A stretch of 64,000 nt of DNA, from contig NMRA01000026.1 in assembly GCA_002633005.1 (NCBI GenBank), positions 552,434 through 616,433 on the forward strand, written 5' to 3'. Below, piece after piece: positions 10,687-23,745 of this stretch (its first letter is position 1; every line of letters starts with the position of its first letter). Source of the stretch: Phoronis australis (Eukaryota > Animalia > Phoronida). The notes beneath the pieces were generated by a model. The model was not told the origin of the DNA. It searched no databases and saw only the letters and a program-made list of their open reading frames with translations. The position numbers were made by a program, and so were the translations under genes.

Positions 10687-11089
10687 GCTTGATTTGATGC
10701 AGACGACGTGGCAGTATTACCCTAAACAAAGACCGACATTCCAAGATATTATTGCGTCACTCGATGACATTATTGACGACGGCTTTCGTGAGTTGTCGTA
10801 CTACCACAGCGAAGAAAATCAAGCGGATCTGACGCATAAAGCCGAAAAAGAGGCTGCGAAACACCCAACGGAACACGAACCGTTGTTGAAATGTCCCGAA
10901 CAATTCAAAGAAGATACAGGGTTACTCAATGGAAAAGTGCAAATAGACAGTGAGAGCAAAGAATCAAATGGTGACGTCCCGTCGCAGGGATATTTCGTAC
11001 TGGATGATGAGGACAGTGGTCATTTTGACGATTCTTACAAAGAGCCTTCTGAAGGCTTTTCAAGTCTTAAGAAATCGTCTAGTTGTTAG
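10687..11089 (+). CDS. INSR: Insulin/IGF receptor, last coding exon (kinase end and C-terminal tail)
   Basis: tcacag|G CTT... gives LDLMQTTWQYYPKQRPTFQDIIASL...SYYHSEEN...KKSSSC then TAG. The nine exons total 1503 nt (501 codons including stop) with consistent phases. Confidence 0.95.
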
Positions 11090-11156
11090 CTTTACAGCAA
11101 CGCTTCTTCTTTTACGTAAAACAGAATACGGCCAAACTGAAATTATGTTTTTACAA

Positions 11157-11166
11157 AATAAATAAA
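11157..11166 (+). terminator. Candidate proximal polyadenylation signals (overlapping AATAAA x2) of the InR gene
   Basis: aataaataaa about 70 nt after the stop, followed by T/GT-rich sequence. A longer 3'UTR is also possible. Confidence 0.35.
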
Positions 11167-13235
11167 ATTGTTTTTGATTACTTCATTATTAGCATGGTTT
11201 TTATTGTATATCTGTTTTCAAAGTACCTGTAACGAAATTCTGAGCATTGTTAGCACTTGCCAAAAAATTTTTTAATCATGGAAAAATAACAGTTTCGGCA
11301 AATTTATTTGTTCGAATTTTAAGAAACTGCTGTACAGTTTGCAAAACTCAATTTTGGACACTGGAAGCTAAGAATCGTGTCAATTTGTAGTATTGAAACT
11401 ATCCAGAGGTTCAGGTACTCGAATTCCAAAATTAGTATTGAAATTTTTGTTTTATTTAGTTCTAAGTACAAACTCTGCCAAAATATGTATATGACTGTGT
11501 GCTCAAGCACATGGTAGTTTTCATGGTTGAATATCTCGTCTCAGTTCTTAAGGACTCTTAGATTAAAGCTACAAATCAAAATCTCAAGTTTGTAACACAA
11601 ATCTAGGGGTCATTAAGTGCAAACTTGGTCTAGAGCGCCATCTGTCCAAACTTTAGTGTAATCAAGCCCACAGTTGTGCACACCTATCTCGAGTCCATAC
11701 TTAAATAGAACAGAAAATATCAAAACAGTTTGGAATTAGACTCTAGTCCTAAGCTTTGGAAAAGTGCTGATTGTTGTTTAGAATTATGCACATTTTTCAA
11801 AGAAAATGTCTCTCTAAAGAATGGAGATGTTTTCAGTGTTGGAAATTGATAAGTTAATGGTCGTCGTTGGAGGTTTTATCATTAAAATGTCTCAGAATGT
11901 TAATTTTGTGAGTGCTGTGCTGAATGGAATATTTATCAGATAAATCTTAAAACTGAGAGTAACCAATCTTGGCTGATTTTTGAATGATTTTCTATATATG
12001 TTTGTGAAAAGTTTCAGGGAATTTTACAGTTGTTTTATTTATTGCTGCTCGACAATCGCACTGTGTTAATTTTCGAGATCAGATATTTACTGTAACTTGT
12101 GTAGCTTACTGTCTTGTTAATGTATTTATATAATGTGGAAATTTGGGGGTTATCATCTACTTTGCTGCTGTGGCTTTTCAAGTGCATTGTGGGATGGTTG
12201 TTAGCTCATAAGCAACCGGCGACATCTCGTGGTCTTGTACCCTGATTTATAATTTGTTTTAGGTTGTAAGATTTGACTTCAGTGCTATGGTGGGATGCGT
12301 GTCTAGAAAAAGCTTTGCACAAAAGATGTGCTAAGCTATGTATAAATTCGATGTATTTTGAGGCTCATTTTAAATCTGTCGGCCCCTTAGTCATACTCGA
12401 AACCAATAACGATGTTGCAGTGGACCCATGCTTTCAATTCTGTTGAGCTCAAATCACCATGTTGTTTTTGTCTTTGGTTACATGGTACCAAGTTATCTGT
12501 GGTGGCGCCAGATTTTGTGAGCGGACAACCGGCCCACAGTGCATTTGAAAAATGGCTGGAGCACTCTAGATAAAATCCCTGAAATTCGTTGGAGGTGGCC
12601 AAAGACCTTCATGAAGATGAAGTTGTCGGTTATTGTATTTGACAGGGTTAATGCTGATGTTCATTTTAATGCTCTCCCAAAGTAAATGGACATGCCCTGT
12701 TGAACGTGACGTGAGGCGTGTCACCGTGTTTTTGTGTTTCTGAATTTCAGTGCCCGGTATGTTAACCCGGACAAGTGCGTAACTGAAGCTGTAACTATTT
12801 ACTAATATATTAAACTTATTCCTAGATTTTATCATGGGCTTGTATAAGTCCTGGAGAGAGAGGTAATTCCTAGTGGCATTGTGCTTGTTTCGTGCACCAT
12901 ACTCGTTCACAGATCAGGTGAATGCCTGCATTCTGTTAAAAACCCATACAGAATTTTTGTCAATCTCGCATTTGAGCACCAGTTGTTGTGGTGTTCAGTT
13001 TAATGCCCACAGAAATCTTGTTTTCCTCACTTTTTAATATAACAGCCACCCAGACGAGTATGGTGCACACATTTCTGTCTGTTGACTGTGCCTGCGTGCC
13101 AGTAAGCAAATTATATCACCAATTAAAGTCTCAAGACTTTTAAAGGTTGACATGTCTTGTTGTATTGGTGCAGAACACCCCTTGTGACAGAAGCCTGACA
13201 CTATATAACACACCATAGCTCAGATTCAATGTAAG

Positions 13236-14115
13236 CATAGGCGGATTTAGGGGGGGGGCCCAGGGGGCCCGGGCCCCCCCCCCNNNNNNNNNNNNNNNNN
13301 NNNNNNNNNNNNNNNNNNNNNNNNNNNNNNNNNNNNNNNNNNNNNNNNNNNNNNNNNNNNNNNNNNNNNNNNNNNNNNNNNNNNNNNNNNNNNNNNNNNN
13401 NNNNNNNNNNNNNNNNNNNNNNNNNNNNNNNNNNNNNNNNNNNNNNNNNNNNNNNNNNNNNNNNNNNNNNNNNNNNNNNNNNNNNNNNNNNNNNNNNNNN
13501 NNNNNNNNNNNNNNNNNNNNNNNNNNNNNNNNNNNNNNNNNNNNNNNNNNNNNNNNNNNNNNNNNNNNNNNNNNNNNNNNNNNNNNNNNNNNNNNNNNNN
13601 NNNNNNNNNNNNNNNNNNNNNNNNNNNNNNNNNNNNNNNNNNNNNNNNNNNNNNNNNNNNNNNNNNNNNNNNNNNNNNNNNNNNNNNNNNNNNNNNNNNN
13701 NNNNNNNNNNNNNNNNNNNNNNNNNNNNNNNNNNNNNNNNNNNNNNNNNNNNNNNNNNNNNNNNNNNNNNNNNNNNNNNNNNNNNNNNNNNNNNNNNNNN
13801 NNNNNNNNNNNNNNNNNNNNNNNNNNNNNNNNNNNNNNNNNNNNNNNNNNNNNNNNNNNNNNNNNNNNNNNNNNNNNNNNNNNNNNNNNNNNNNNNNNNN
13901 NNNNNNNNNNNNATAATACTTCAGGAATCAAGGAAAATGCTCGATTTTTAGAGGTAAAAACAGAAAAATTTCCTCGGCGGGAGGGGGGTTTGCCCCCTCC
14001 CGACCTCCCCCCATTCGGTGCTATGCGCATCTACATTCGTGGTTCAGTTTGCGCAAATGCTTCTAACCGGACAAAATGTTGGGCCCCCCCTTGTGATATC
14101 CTAGATCCGCCACTG
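13236..14115. mobile_element. hAT-like non-autonomous DNA transposon with 5-bp TSD, spanning a gap
   Basis: Ends CATAGGCGGATTTAG / CTAGATCCGCCACTG with G/C-run subtermini. GTAAG on both flanks (13231-13235, 14116-14120). Confidence 0.8.
13284..13912. other. Assembly gap (N run)
   Basis: Run of n. Confidence 1.
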
Positions 14116-14254
14116 GTAAGAGAGGGTCATGGCTTGCTGCAGCCACCTAAGCATTACACAGCAAAAAGGACTTATTGAAGTGTCATGCAGCGCCATGTTT
14201 GAAGTCATTGTTTTGGCTCATATTTTGGGGCATAACCCTTTATTTTGTTTTTGT

Positions 14255-14590
14255 TTAAAGGGACCTTGCCGGTTTTACCACTGAAAAACAGGTTTTGGGT
14301 TTATTGTTGAATGGAATACATTTTTTGAAGTTGTTACCTTTGACCAGAGCTAAAGCAACAAAATCCGTTGTTTTGATTAGAAATCGACAATTACCTCTTA
14401 TCTGTCAGGCATTAGCTGGCTTAAGTCAAGGACAATGGCATTAAATGCGCTTAATATCTTCTGGTACTTATCGGTTGGGGTTTATCTCCGACAGCAGAAT
14501 GTTTGGGCGCCACCGCAGGATTCGCAGTCTCGTTTCCGCGCCAAGGCTGATGACGTAAAATCAATTTTGTCGCCTATAATGTCCCATAAA
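14255..14590 (+). mobile_element. TTAAAGGGAC-type dispersed repeat (Kolobok/Crypton-like derivative); related copy at ~446-730
   Basis: Both copies start TTAAAGGGAC-n4-CCGGTTTT and share an internal CTTTGACYAGA. A degenerate right end reads GTCCCATAAA. Confidence 0.4.
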
Positions 14591-14627
14591 TAGGTCAGTT
14601 TCGGGATCTTGATACACTCGATAAAAC

Positions 14628-15200
14628 CATGGGCAAACTATAACAAGAGATGGAAAATGTGAAACAGAGATAAGAGAACGAATGGGAATGGCCAAATCAG
14701 GATTTATAAAAATGAAAACGATATTAACATCAAGAAACATCAATCGCTATCAGACTGCGACTCTCAACTTGCTACATATATTCGATCCTTAAGTACGGAT
14801 TCAGACATGGACTCTCAATAAAACATCGGAAAGAAAGATCGAAGTGTTTAAAATGTGGATATTCAGAAGGATCGGAAGAATAAGCTGGACGCAGAAAATG
14901 GCAAATGAATACGTGTGCAAACAACTACTAGGTGTTAAACCATTTCTTTTGTCCACCATCCAAAGTCGTAAATTGAACTTTTTTGGGCATATGGCAGGGA
15001 ATCGCAGGAAGACATACTACATGTACACGGTCACGTGGAAGCCAGGGAAAAGAGCAAGAGTACGACAACGATTAATGTGGAGGGGTGACATCAAAATCGA
15101 CATGGACAAGATCAACGATGACGGAATGCACCAGACTGGTAGCAGAGAGAGATAGTGGAGGTCCATTTCACGTCGACCTCAAAGGAAATGACAGCGAACT
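14628..15200 (+). mobile_element. Decayed 3' fragment of an RTE-clade LINE
   Basis: Frameshifted translation GQTITRDGKCETEIRERMGMAKSGFIKMKTILTSRNI / CYIYSILKYG / TWTLNKTSERKIEVFKMWIFRRIGRISWTQKMANEYV...RKLNFFGH, typical of the post-RT region of RTE ORFs. Confidence 0.85.
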
Positions 15201-16350
15201 GAACACCCCTTCATACTTTGGCATAATGTCTGAGGTATAGGCCTCATGTAGCTTTTGTAATGTCTTATTCCCTCTGAGGGTTTCATTTTGCCGGACTTCT
15301 CCATCGCTGAGTGACAGTTTATTCTGCTCGTCCCAGCCTTGCGCCCTGCCCCCTGCCCCCAGGGTCTGAAGCAGCATAGCTGCACCCCGTGAAAACCTTC
15401 GACTTACATGTATTATACAGGTTCGCAAGAAGGTCAGTAACTATCAGTTATTGGGGGCGTAAACTCTCGCACTTCATCAAACCTCAGTGTCTCCTTTTCC
15501 TTTAGCAACACCGGTTCTCGCCTAACCTTATAATTGAGAATTTTTGCAATTTACCTCCTATTGTCAACAATATCGCATATAACCCGTGGGCTCCATTTCC
15601 GTTACGGTAGCGGAAGGTTTGCTTCAGGGGGCCCGGGGCCCGCCGGAAACGATTGTGGGCGCAACTCCTACTCTCATGCTGACACTAGTGTCTCCGCTCC
15701 CTCGGTCACCGGCCACCAAGTAAATTCTAGGCCATGTCGACACCCCTCCACCCCGCGGTCAACATAACACTCATTTCACTTCCACTACCCCCATGAGCCC
15801 GTCCACATCAGTCAATCTCCGCTCCCCTCTCCCGCCCCCTCTCGGTCGTTATTGAAGAGGCCGGAACCTCTTGCCCCTCTGCATCCTGCTTCCTACGTTT
15901 ATGTTTTCGTATTATTATTAGAAAGTTGATTTAAATGTTTACAAACTTTTCATAAAAACCTGGCTACTTTTAAGTTTTGTAGCATTTTTCGAAGTACTCG
16001 AAGCACTTTGGATTATTTTATTGAAATTTACAACAGTGAAATCTTTATTTAGAATTTAAAAATTTTATTTTTCACTTTCACTCATCACGTACATTGTTAA
16101 TGGCGTAGGCCTTGAAATAGGTGATCAGCATTTGAGAGACAGAGCAATCGGCTTGAGTTCGTGTGAGATTCCTACAACAGCGTCTTCCACAGCGCGACGC
16201 TCTCATCGGCAAGACAACGTGCCTGTATACACGCTCTTGATTTTAGGGAGTGCCAAGCGGGAGCATCCAGCGGACCTGTACGTCTACTTTATCGTTATTT
16301 TGTGTTTGCCGATGCAATTAGTTTGTCACATTCTATTATTCGAGACAATT

Positions 16351-16660
16351 CAGGGGCGGATCCAGGATCTTAAGTTAGAGGGGGGCAGGGCACAGGAATA
16401 AACAGCATTTCGGCAGATGCGCGCGCCCAGCCTAAACCTGGGGAAGCAGAGATCTCGAATTCTTGGGTTTGCGACGTGTTGACTAAAAAAAAAACGAAAA
16501 GGGTTTATTTAGGGCATATGCGTTGTTTATTCACCCCCAACTCCCCCTGGTTGCGGGCATGTGCTAGTCAACAACTCGCACCCGAACTCACAACTGGGAT
16601 CTGGTAGAATTTTAGGGGGGGCATGGCCCCCTTGCCCCTCCCCCCCTAAATCCGCCACTG
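16351..16660. mobile_element. hAT-like MITE, probable 5-bp TSD
   Basis: CAGGGGCGGATCCAG ... CTAAATCCGCCACTG. Flanks CAATT / CAAGT (4/5). Same terminal motif as 13236-14115. Confidence 0.75.
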
Positions 16661-17825
16661 CAAGTCATTGTAATGTACACTTGATTGAACCACAGCAGCC
16701 ATGCATGTGCGCGCCAGGTTTCTAACTGTTTACGCCATTGTTAAAGATTTTTTTTATGTTTGTACTGGCATGTTATAGTACTTTTCATTGTTGTTTGTTT
16801 TTTCGTTTTTTGTTCGTAAGTCCCATTTCCTGTTATAGATTATTCATAACATTGTACAGTGCAATCTTCAATCTTCAGATGTTGATTGGTGAATCTATTA
16901 ACCGAGGTTAATGTCGTATAATTTCCAACAGTCATGAATATGTTCTCGGGCTGTTCACCTCTTCCAACTGTGATTATACACGATTGAATTTTGAGAAAAA
17001 AAAATCGGTGTCGTCTTAATATTCAATACAATCTAAATCCCGCGCGGCAAGTAAAAACTGACACCGACTTATTTCACCTGAGATCGGTACAATGAAATAC
17101 AAAACCAAGACGTCGCAATTTCTGCGGGATTCAAGCGATAAGCCAACAGACGGCTCATAATTGTCCAAAGGGGCCCCTTTAATCGACCCGTGTCCGACGA
17201 TATCTTTCTTTATTACTAAATTTTGTAAAATAAATACGATCTCGAGAACCAATCAAATGTAAGTTGATTTAAAGTCCGAAATCATATTCTACTATCTGCT
17301 CACTTTCTACTTTCAGAGTGTATAATTGTGCCGAGTCAAATTCTTTAGTTTTATTGGTATGTGGCAATACACAAAGTCTTGCTGCCAAAATGAGTTTTAC
17401 GGCCGTTTGAACATTTTACCCACGATAGCAGGTGGTAGAATCCGAAATTTTGTGGGGATTCTAACACATACATCTTTTATCGGATTTTCAAAGTAAAAAC
17501 ATTCGGTAGTCTTGTAAAATTTTGACAAGATGATTTACACATTTTGAGAGGCTTTGAGGCGAAACTTACATATTAATAGCACCACCAGGATCTGGCTAAC
17601 CTGAGGGTAATGCGTGTATTGCTGCCGCAGGTGGGTATAGCAGGAATGTCATAAGGGAGGGGGGGGGGCAACCATAGGAAAAACGTTTGTGTGTCTCCTG
17701 AAACTGCGCTGTCCCGAGAGGAGGACGGATCGGTTAATCTGGAAGAACAGTGCTAAATTTCCTAAAGCAGTGCATGTCCACTTGAACCGACGCTTACGTG
17801 GTCGTCTTCCATTAAAACTACTTCC

Positions 17826-17913
17826 ACTGCCACCGACGCCGCCGCTGCTACTGCAGTTCCACACTACTATAATTATATAACTATTACCATTACTATTACC
17901 GTTACCGTCATCG

Positions 17914-17973
<60 letters not shown>

Positions 17974-18120
17974 CTATCATCATCATCATAATCATCATCA
18001 TCATCATCATTAATATTATCATTAGTATCAGCATTATTATCATGTTGTTGTTGCTTTTGCTGTTGCTTCTTCTTCTGTTTTTCTTGTTGTTGTTGTTATT
18101 GATATTTTGGCTGCTGTAGT
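17826..18120 (+). repeat. Compound trinucleotide low-complexity tract with (CAT)n core
   Basis: Successive CCG/CTA/TTA/(CAT)n/TTG-type triplets; near-pure (CAT)n at about 17915-18010. Confidence 0.95.
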
Positions 18121-19699
18121 ATTGTCTCTAAGACTGATTGAATGTTCAAAAAGCTGTTTGAAGTAAATTGTTATCAGTGATGATCAAGCAAAACCAATTC
18201 ACCAAAAGTGACTTAATAAACTAGCTTATATGGCCCTGTTTAAAGAACATAGCACCCCATTTCAATAAGCATTAATACTGTGAACGGCTGATTAACCAAA
18301 ATAAATGAAAATAACTAGTGTTTACGCATTCGTTTAGCGGTGCATACCTAAAATTTGGCAAAACTTTTGTATGGCCTCGTCGTTCACGCGTCGCATATTC
18401 ATCTGCATTGTCAACACTCCATGCTTCTCATAGGCTTTGTAAGGCAAGCTTATAGACGAAATATCACGCGATAAAAGGTGAACAAAATTTTAAAAGGATG
18501 TGGTTATTTTGATTTGCTGAGTGATTCAATACTCACTCGCACAATCAGCTATAGAAGGGAGAACACTACCACTTCGTTTACGTGGTTACCGCTAGTGGGC
18601 TCATGGAGAAGAGAAGAAATCACAATCTAATGAGGGAATTTTGATTCTAAAGCCTCGGATTTGACCAAGAGATGTCTGCGGTAAGAATTTAATCTTTCTG
18701 ATAGTTCACGACATGTCGATAACTCGAGTGGGTTTTGTAAAGGTTCTTCTCGGCTTTTACTTGAATGAATAGGCTGGTTTTGTTGGCTCGTGGGTAGTTT
18801 GGATAATTATGTACATATATTGGTTTCCGATCAACCATTCTAGTTTGTTTGGCGACTGTACTTGTATAGGTTGACTTATGCATTGACTGTTATTGATGAA
18901 ATGAAAAGCTAACAGGGAAATAGACAAAGCTCCCACGTCACTCAAACTGACTATTAATTGATGCCATCTAGACCGTAATTAAATTGGTTTAATTGTTCCT
19001 TATTAGAGATTCGGGTGATTTCATATTCGGCTTGGAAAGCAGGTTTGTTATTGCTTGAGACGAGGCTCTGTGAGTTGGCTTGTCACCGTGTGTCATTTTA
19101 TGAGCCAAGTGACAGTGGTCTCAAGTCTAGCAATAACGAAATGTGAGTTGTACCAGGTTCAGCATCCCCTTCTCAGTTACATAGCGATAAGGTCTAAATC
19201 AGAAGTTAATTTCTTGGGTGAAATCGATCGATCTGGTTAGCGACTGCAACAGTAGAAAATTTTCTTGTATCGGGCATGGTCGAACATCCCTAACCAGTAC
19301 TCTATGCGTTTACAAGAAAATCATCTGAGAAAATAATAACAGGTAATAATTCTAAATAGCAGCAGATTTTTAACTCTGTAGTACACCTAACGATTTGTCC
19401 GTGGCTCCCCTATGGTGATATCTCCAGTGCGTCACGATCTGGCTTTTCTCTAGCGAAAATTCACTTACGAAACACAGTCCTATTCACGTCAAGCTAGTGC
19501 CGCGTTGTCAATGGTATCTGCACTTGTATTATCATAAATTAAAAAGTGCCCTGATGGTATTATTAATATTAATAACATGTTTTGTGTTTTCGTAAATGTT
19601 AGATAAATCCAGCATTTCTTTCTGTCTGCGCAAGTGCAGCCTGCGATGAATGTAAACTTAAAATATCCTTTTATGTTTTTATCTTTGCAGACAGTCAGC

Positions 19700-19762
19700 A
19701 TGTCTAACGTTGTGGTCCCGACCTCCCAACGAAGTGGGAGTAACGTGTTGACTTTCAACCAG
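19700..19762 (+). CDS. Uncharacterised ~274-aa protein, coding exon 1
   Basis: Acceptor ctttgcag at 19690, ATG at 19700, MSNVVVPTSQRSGSNVLTFNQ, donor CAG|gtaacg (phase 0). Confidence 0.7.
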
Positions 19763-20048
19763 GTAACGCAGCCATTTTCAGTGCAGTTTTTAGCTGTGTA
19801 AATATGACTTCAACAAAGTACCGAAGCCTTTAGATTCGCATATTACCCTTTCAGCCAAGGTATATTTTTTAAAACTCGTGTGGAACACGTCAGGGCTGCC
19901 AATAAAATAAACCCGTTTGCCATAGATTTGCGAAGCGACATGGATATTGTTGTCAACAGTAACAATCGATTGCCTAAGCGCCTCTCAATGGGAGGATTGA
20001 TCCGACGACTTTTGTATTTTGATTCGGCTATTCACTCGTATCTTGCAG

Positions 20049-20139
20049 ATACACTCGGACCCTCCTAAATATCGCTTCCCCGTGAGTGGATCAGACAGAA
20101 ATTTGCGTCAACTCTTGTTACAAACCAGGGCAAGACAAG
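20049..20139 (+). CDS. Uncharacterised protein, coding exon 2
   Basis: tcttgcag|ATA...CAA G|gttagt. IHSDPPKYRFPVSGSDRNLRQLLLQTRARQ; phase 0 to 1. Confidence 0.72.
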
Positions 20140-20518
20140 GTTAGTATTTTTCTTACCGATGTTGAATACGTACAACGTTTACGACACACTAAGAATATGC
20201 CAACCCGGCGTCACCCGGCGCTACGTACCTGTAAACCTGGCGCTCATAATGATATGGTAATCTCTCTGCAACTGAACATACACGGACGGACGCTATCTAA
20301 ACTGAAGTCCGATGCAGCCCAAGAATGTTATTTTCTTAGTTTCCCTTCTAGTACTAATTACACGGCTCCTGTTTTTGTTGATAAAGGAAGTTGTTACATC
20401 CGAAAATTTCAAATTTCAGTTGATCCATTCTTGTTTTATTTACTGAATTATTGGGACACGAACTCCTCCCAACCTTGTTTGGGCTCAAGTGATGGCTGAT
20501 GTCTTTTTTCTATCTCAG

Positions 20519-20599
20519 AAACATCAGCTCTCAGAAATGCTTATATGAAGAAATTGGAAAAGGCATCTGGAGACCATTCTAAGGAAAAACAGCCAAACA
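20519..20599 (+). CDS. Uncharacterised protein, coding exon 3
   Basis: ttttttctatctcag|AA...AAC A|gtgagt. ETSALRNAYMKKLEKASGDHSKEKQPN; phase 1 to 1. Confidence 0.75.
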
Positions 20600-21354
20600 G
20601 TGAGTTGAGATTTAAACGTGATTACCCAATATGTGTAGCTATTAAACCGTAATTAATGCGCACCGCATTGTTTCCATCATCACGCCGTCTTTTTGCTTTT
20701 TAAAAGACCTGACAACCAGTACGTCCAAGTTACTTATTTTCTGACCTGGCCAATTTTAGGTGTTCCATTTTACTTGTTACAGAACATAACTCCGTATGTC
20801 CAACTACTAAAACTCGAAAAAAATTGGTTATTGATGAACTTGTAAAACGTAAACAACTACTGTTTCGTATCTAGCTGGTTCCCTGCGTGTCGCTAGGTGG
20901 CAGAGAACACGTGTCATGTACACGCACCGAACCAGCGAGTGTTTTGCATTTGTGTTCACGAAAACACTTTTCCATAACATCGTTGACCAAGTGCACGCGC
21001 ATCGTGCGACCTAGTGACACTTGGGGTCAGAAGGTCACAATGAAATGCTTATGCTTGTGTTTAAAAACAAACACGTTCGTGCAACATTTTGTGACGGATA
21101 TGTTGAGCTTGAACTCAAGTCACTGGCAATTTTAAGGTTGGCCAACCTAATATTAAACCGTGAACAGTTTTCTTGAGTCACTGGTGCTCTCTGTGTTCCT
21201 GTTTGCAAGGGAAATAAAGTCATGTCACGGTAAGAAATATGAAACCTATGTTATGAGAGGAAAGATTTATTTCGATTTTAGTCTGCTAAACAGGGCGAAA
21301 TGCAGCCTCAATTTTAAACATTTTAAATTTGTCGTTTCTTGTATTTTCTGTTAG

Positions 21355-21577
21355 TTGAGATTTCGTTAAGGTGTTGTATTACGTTTGTTAAAGCACTCGA
21401 TCAGTCGCCAGGAAGTGCGCAAGGATCTATCCAGAATTCAGTTCCTCGACCCAAAAGCAGAAAGAAAGTTGGACAGTGGGCCTTTTCCAGCAAAAGGAAA
21501 ATGAGCGGACCCGTTCACTTTCCAGAAATCAAAACCAAAAGTTTGCACGGTGATGGCTGGATGTCGGAAATTCTCAA
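21355..21577 (+). CDS. Uncharacterised protein, coding exon 4 (alternative in-frame acceptor at 21394 possible)
   Basis: ttttctgttag|TT...CTC AA|gtatgt. ...DQSPGSAQGSIQNSVPRPKSRKKVGQWAFSSKRKMSGPVHFPEIKTKSLHGDGWMSEILK; phase 1 to 2. Confidence 0.7.
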
Positions 21578-21853
21578 GTATGTATCTATTAGTAAATCTA
21601 GTTTTCTAGCAAACAACTTTCCTCTTTACCCCTATTCGGCCCATTTTTTTCGTAAGTTAGTTCATAACTGGTGCTTGAATACAATGTTTTACTGTGTGCA
21701 ACTACTGTTAATTACAGTGATAATACTGATTCTTGATCATCGCGCAGACGATTCGTACTTGTCGTTCTATCTGTTGAGATCATGCGATCCAACTTAATTT
21801 TTAAAAAAAATAATTAAACAGTAAATGAAAATTTATTTTTTTTTGTTTTTCAG

Positions 21854-22220
21854 AGTGGTACCGGAGCGCATCCCAATTTCCACACCTGTCAATCAGCAGA
21901 TTGATTATAATTATCTCAACATGAAAATGTTGGAAAAGGCGAGAACGGGACAAAATTCTTCTCCGTCGACGTATTTTTACTTCACGTCATCGTTTAGGCG
22001 AAATGATTTTGAAATTCACCCAGAATGGTTTTCTGAAAAGCTTTACGTGAAGCGATTTTCCAAGAAGCCAGAAGAGATGAATCGACCAACGGTGCCACGT
22101 CTTAGTTTGTCATCTCCGCGTAACGATCACTCTCACCAGATGGCGCCACAAAGTGCTCGCGTTTCAAGGCAGAGAGAGTTGCGGCCAGAAAGTTACAGAC
22201 CAGTGCACAGCGCGAGATGA
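21854..22220 (+). CDS. Uncharacterised protein, last coding exon
   Basis: ttgtttttcag|A GTG... VVPERIPIS...YFYFTSSFRRNDFEIHPEWFSEKL...RPVHSAR then TGA; AATAAA at 22459. The five exons sum to 825 nt (275 codons) in frame. Confidence 0.8.
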
Positions 22221-23745
22221 TGAGGTTAATGACATTTTTGTGAACATTGGTTTACCCACTCTCATCATATATTTGCTGAGCCGTAGGAAGCTAGCGGAAC
22301 GGGAGATGTCGCCAAAATAGTAACGACCGAGAGAGTTCGAAATTGAAAAAATTATGTTCACCTTCCAACGCCAGATTGTCTAGATTGTTAGCTATTTTGT
22401 ATATTTATTGGCATGATGATGAAAATGTCTCGTTAAAAGTCATTCAGGGTAATTGTACAATAAAATTTCGGTGACCTGTTTGTTCATGGAATGTTTAATT
22501 ACCAAAATTCCTTTCAGTGGTTTCAGTGAGTTTTCTTTCAACTTGTATAAGTCACACAGGAATTTGGAAGGAAACGATCTAAATTTATGAAAATAAACGT
22601 CGTTATGCAAGTAAAACCTTATTCCTCTAATCATTATACCCGTTCTAACGTGTCCATTAACCCACCCGTTCCCGCGTCCAAAACTAGAACTTTTGATTTA
22701 AATCAATTACTGCTATGACTCTTTTTTTTTACTCAGAGAGAAGTGATTTCTGGGATTTTTCGTTATTCATCAAGACCATGTTCGGCGCACAAAATGACAC
22801 GCCGTGACGTCATTCGGTTTCAAGTAATAACGAACTTACAGTCTTACGTAAGCCCTCAAACCACTTCCAGTTTGACTTTGTAACATGTTGTTGCCAATTT
22901 CATAACGGTAAGTGGTCTAGTAAATTTGAAGTAGTGATTTTGTGATAAATTGTGGGTTAGTAGGCACTTTGAGGGGACATTCTTGCATTTAGCAGACAAC
23001 ATTAAAGGAAAAATATTCTCAAAATGCGGGCATGTTATATTCGACTATTAAGGGAAGTTCATCAGAGCCGGAGATTATGGTCCCTTTCGTTAAAAGCTTC
23101 CGGACAGTTGGCGGATAAGATTACAGAAATAGATTAAGGAATTCTGTAGAATGTGAAATTATAAGAAACAGTAGCAAAGTTTCTAACCGCCAAAACGACT
23201 CCCCTAATGTCAAAAGGCATTTCATTGAACGAATTTGTAGTGCGCGTTCCGGCGTCTGCTTCAAGGTACACTCTATTCTGACAATACAAGCGACAGTTTA
23301 TTCACCTCGCATAGAATATGTACACAAACTGATTCACTCTTTATCACTGAATAATGATCGACTCTTCATACTATCAACAGAGCATAATTAGACACCGCAG
23401 TCTACTCATATGTGCACATAAAGCTCTGGTTTGTATATGGGAAACTGTTCTATATCCGAAATTGGCAACATGCGCCTTGTGTATCCCGCCTGCAAAAACC
23501 AAGCCGAACAACTCTTTCAATATCACTGAAAAAGCGTATAGTTTCAGGAAAACAATGATTAAGTTCGTGCCTGGACGGAAAGACTGAAATGTCACCTTAA
23601 GACATGCGCCAGAAGGGAAAGCCGCCGGGCTGTGTAGAAGCGTAGGCGCAAATATGTGAAACACATAGGTCTAACTATATTTTACGCATCATTTCTGCAG
23701 GCTTTGGGGCTAATTTACCATTCCCGCACCTCAGTTTCTTCATCC

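Noticed and set aside
11087-11119. Stop-codon readthrough of InR (TAG-C)
   Set aside because: Would add only about 10 residues before TAA; no supporting structure seen.
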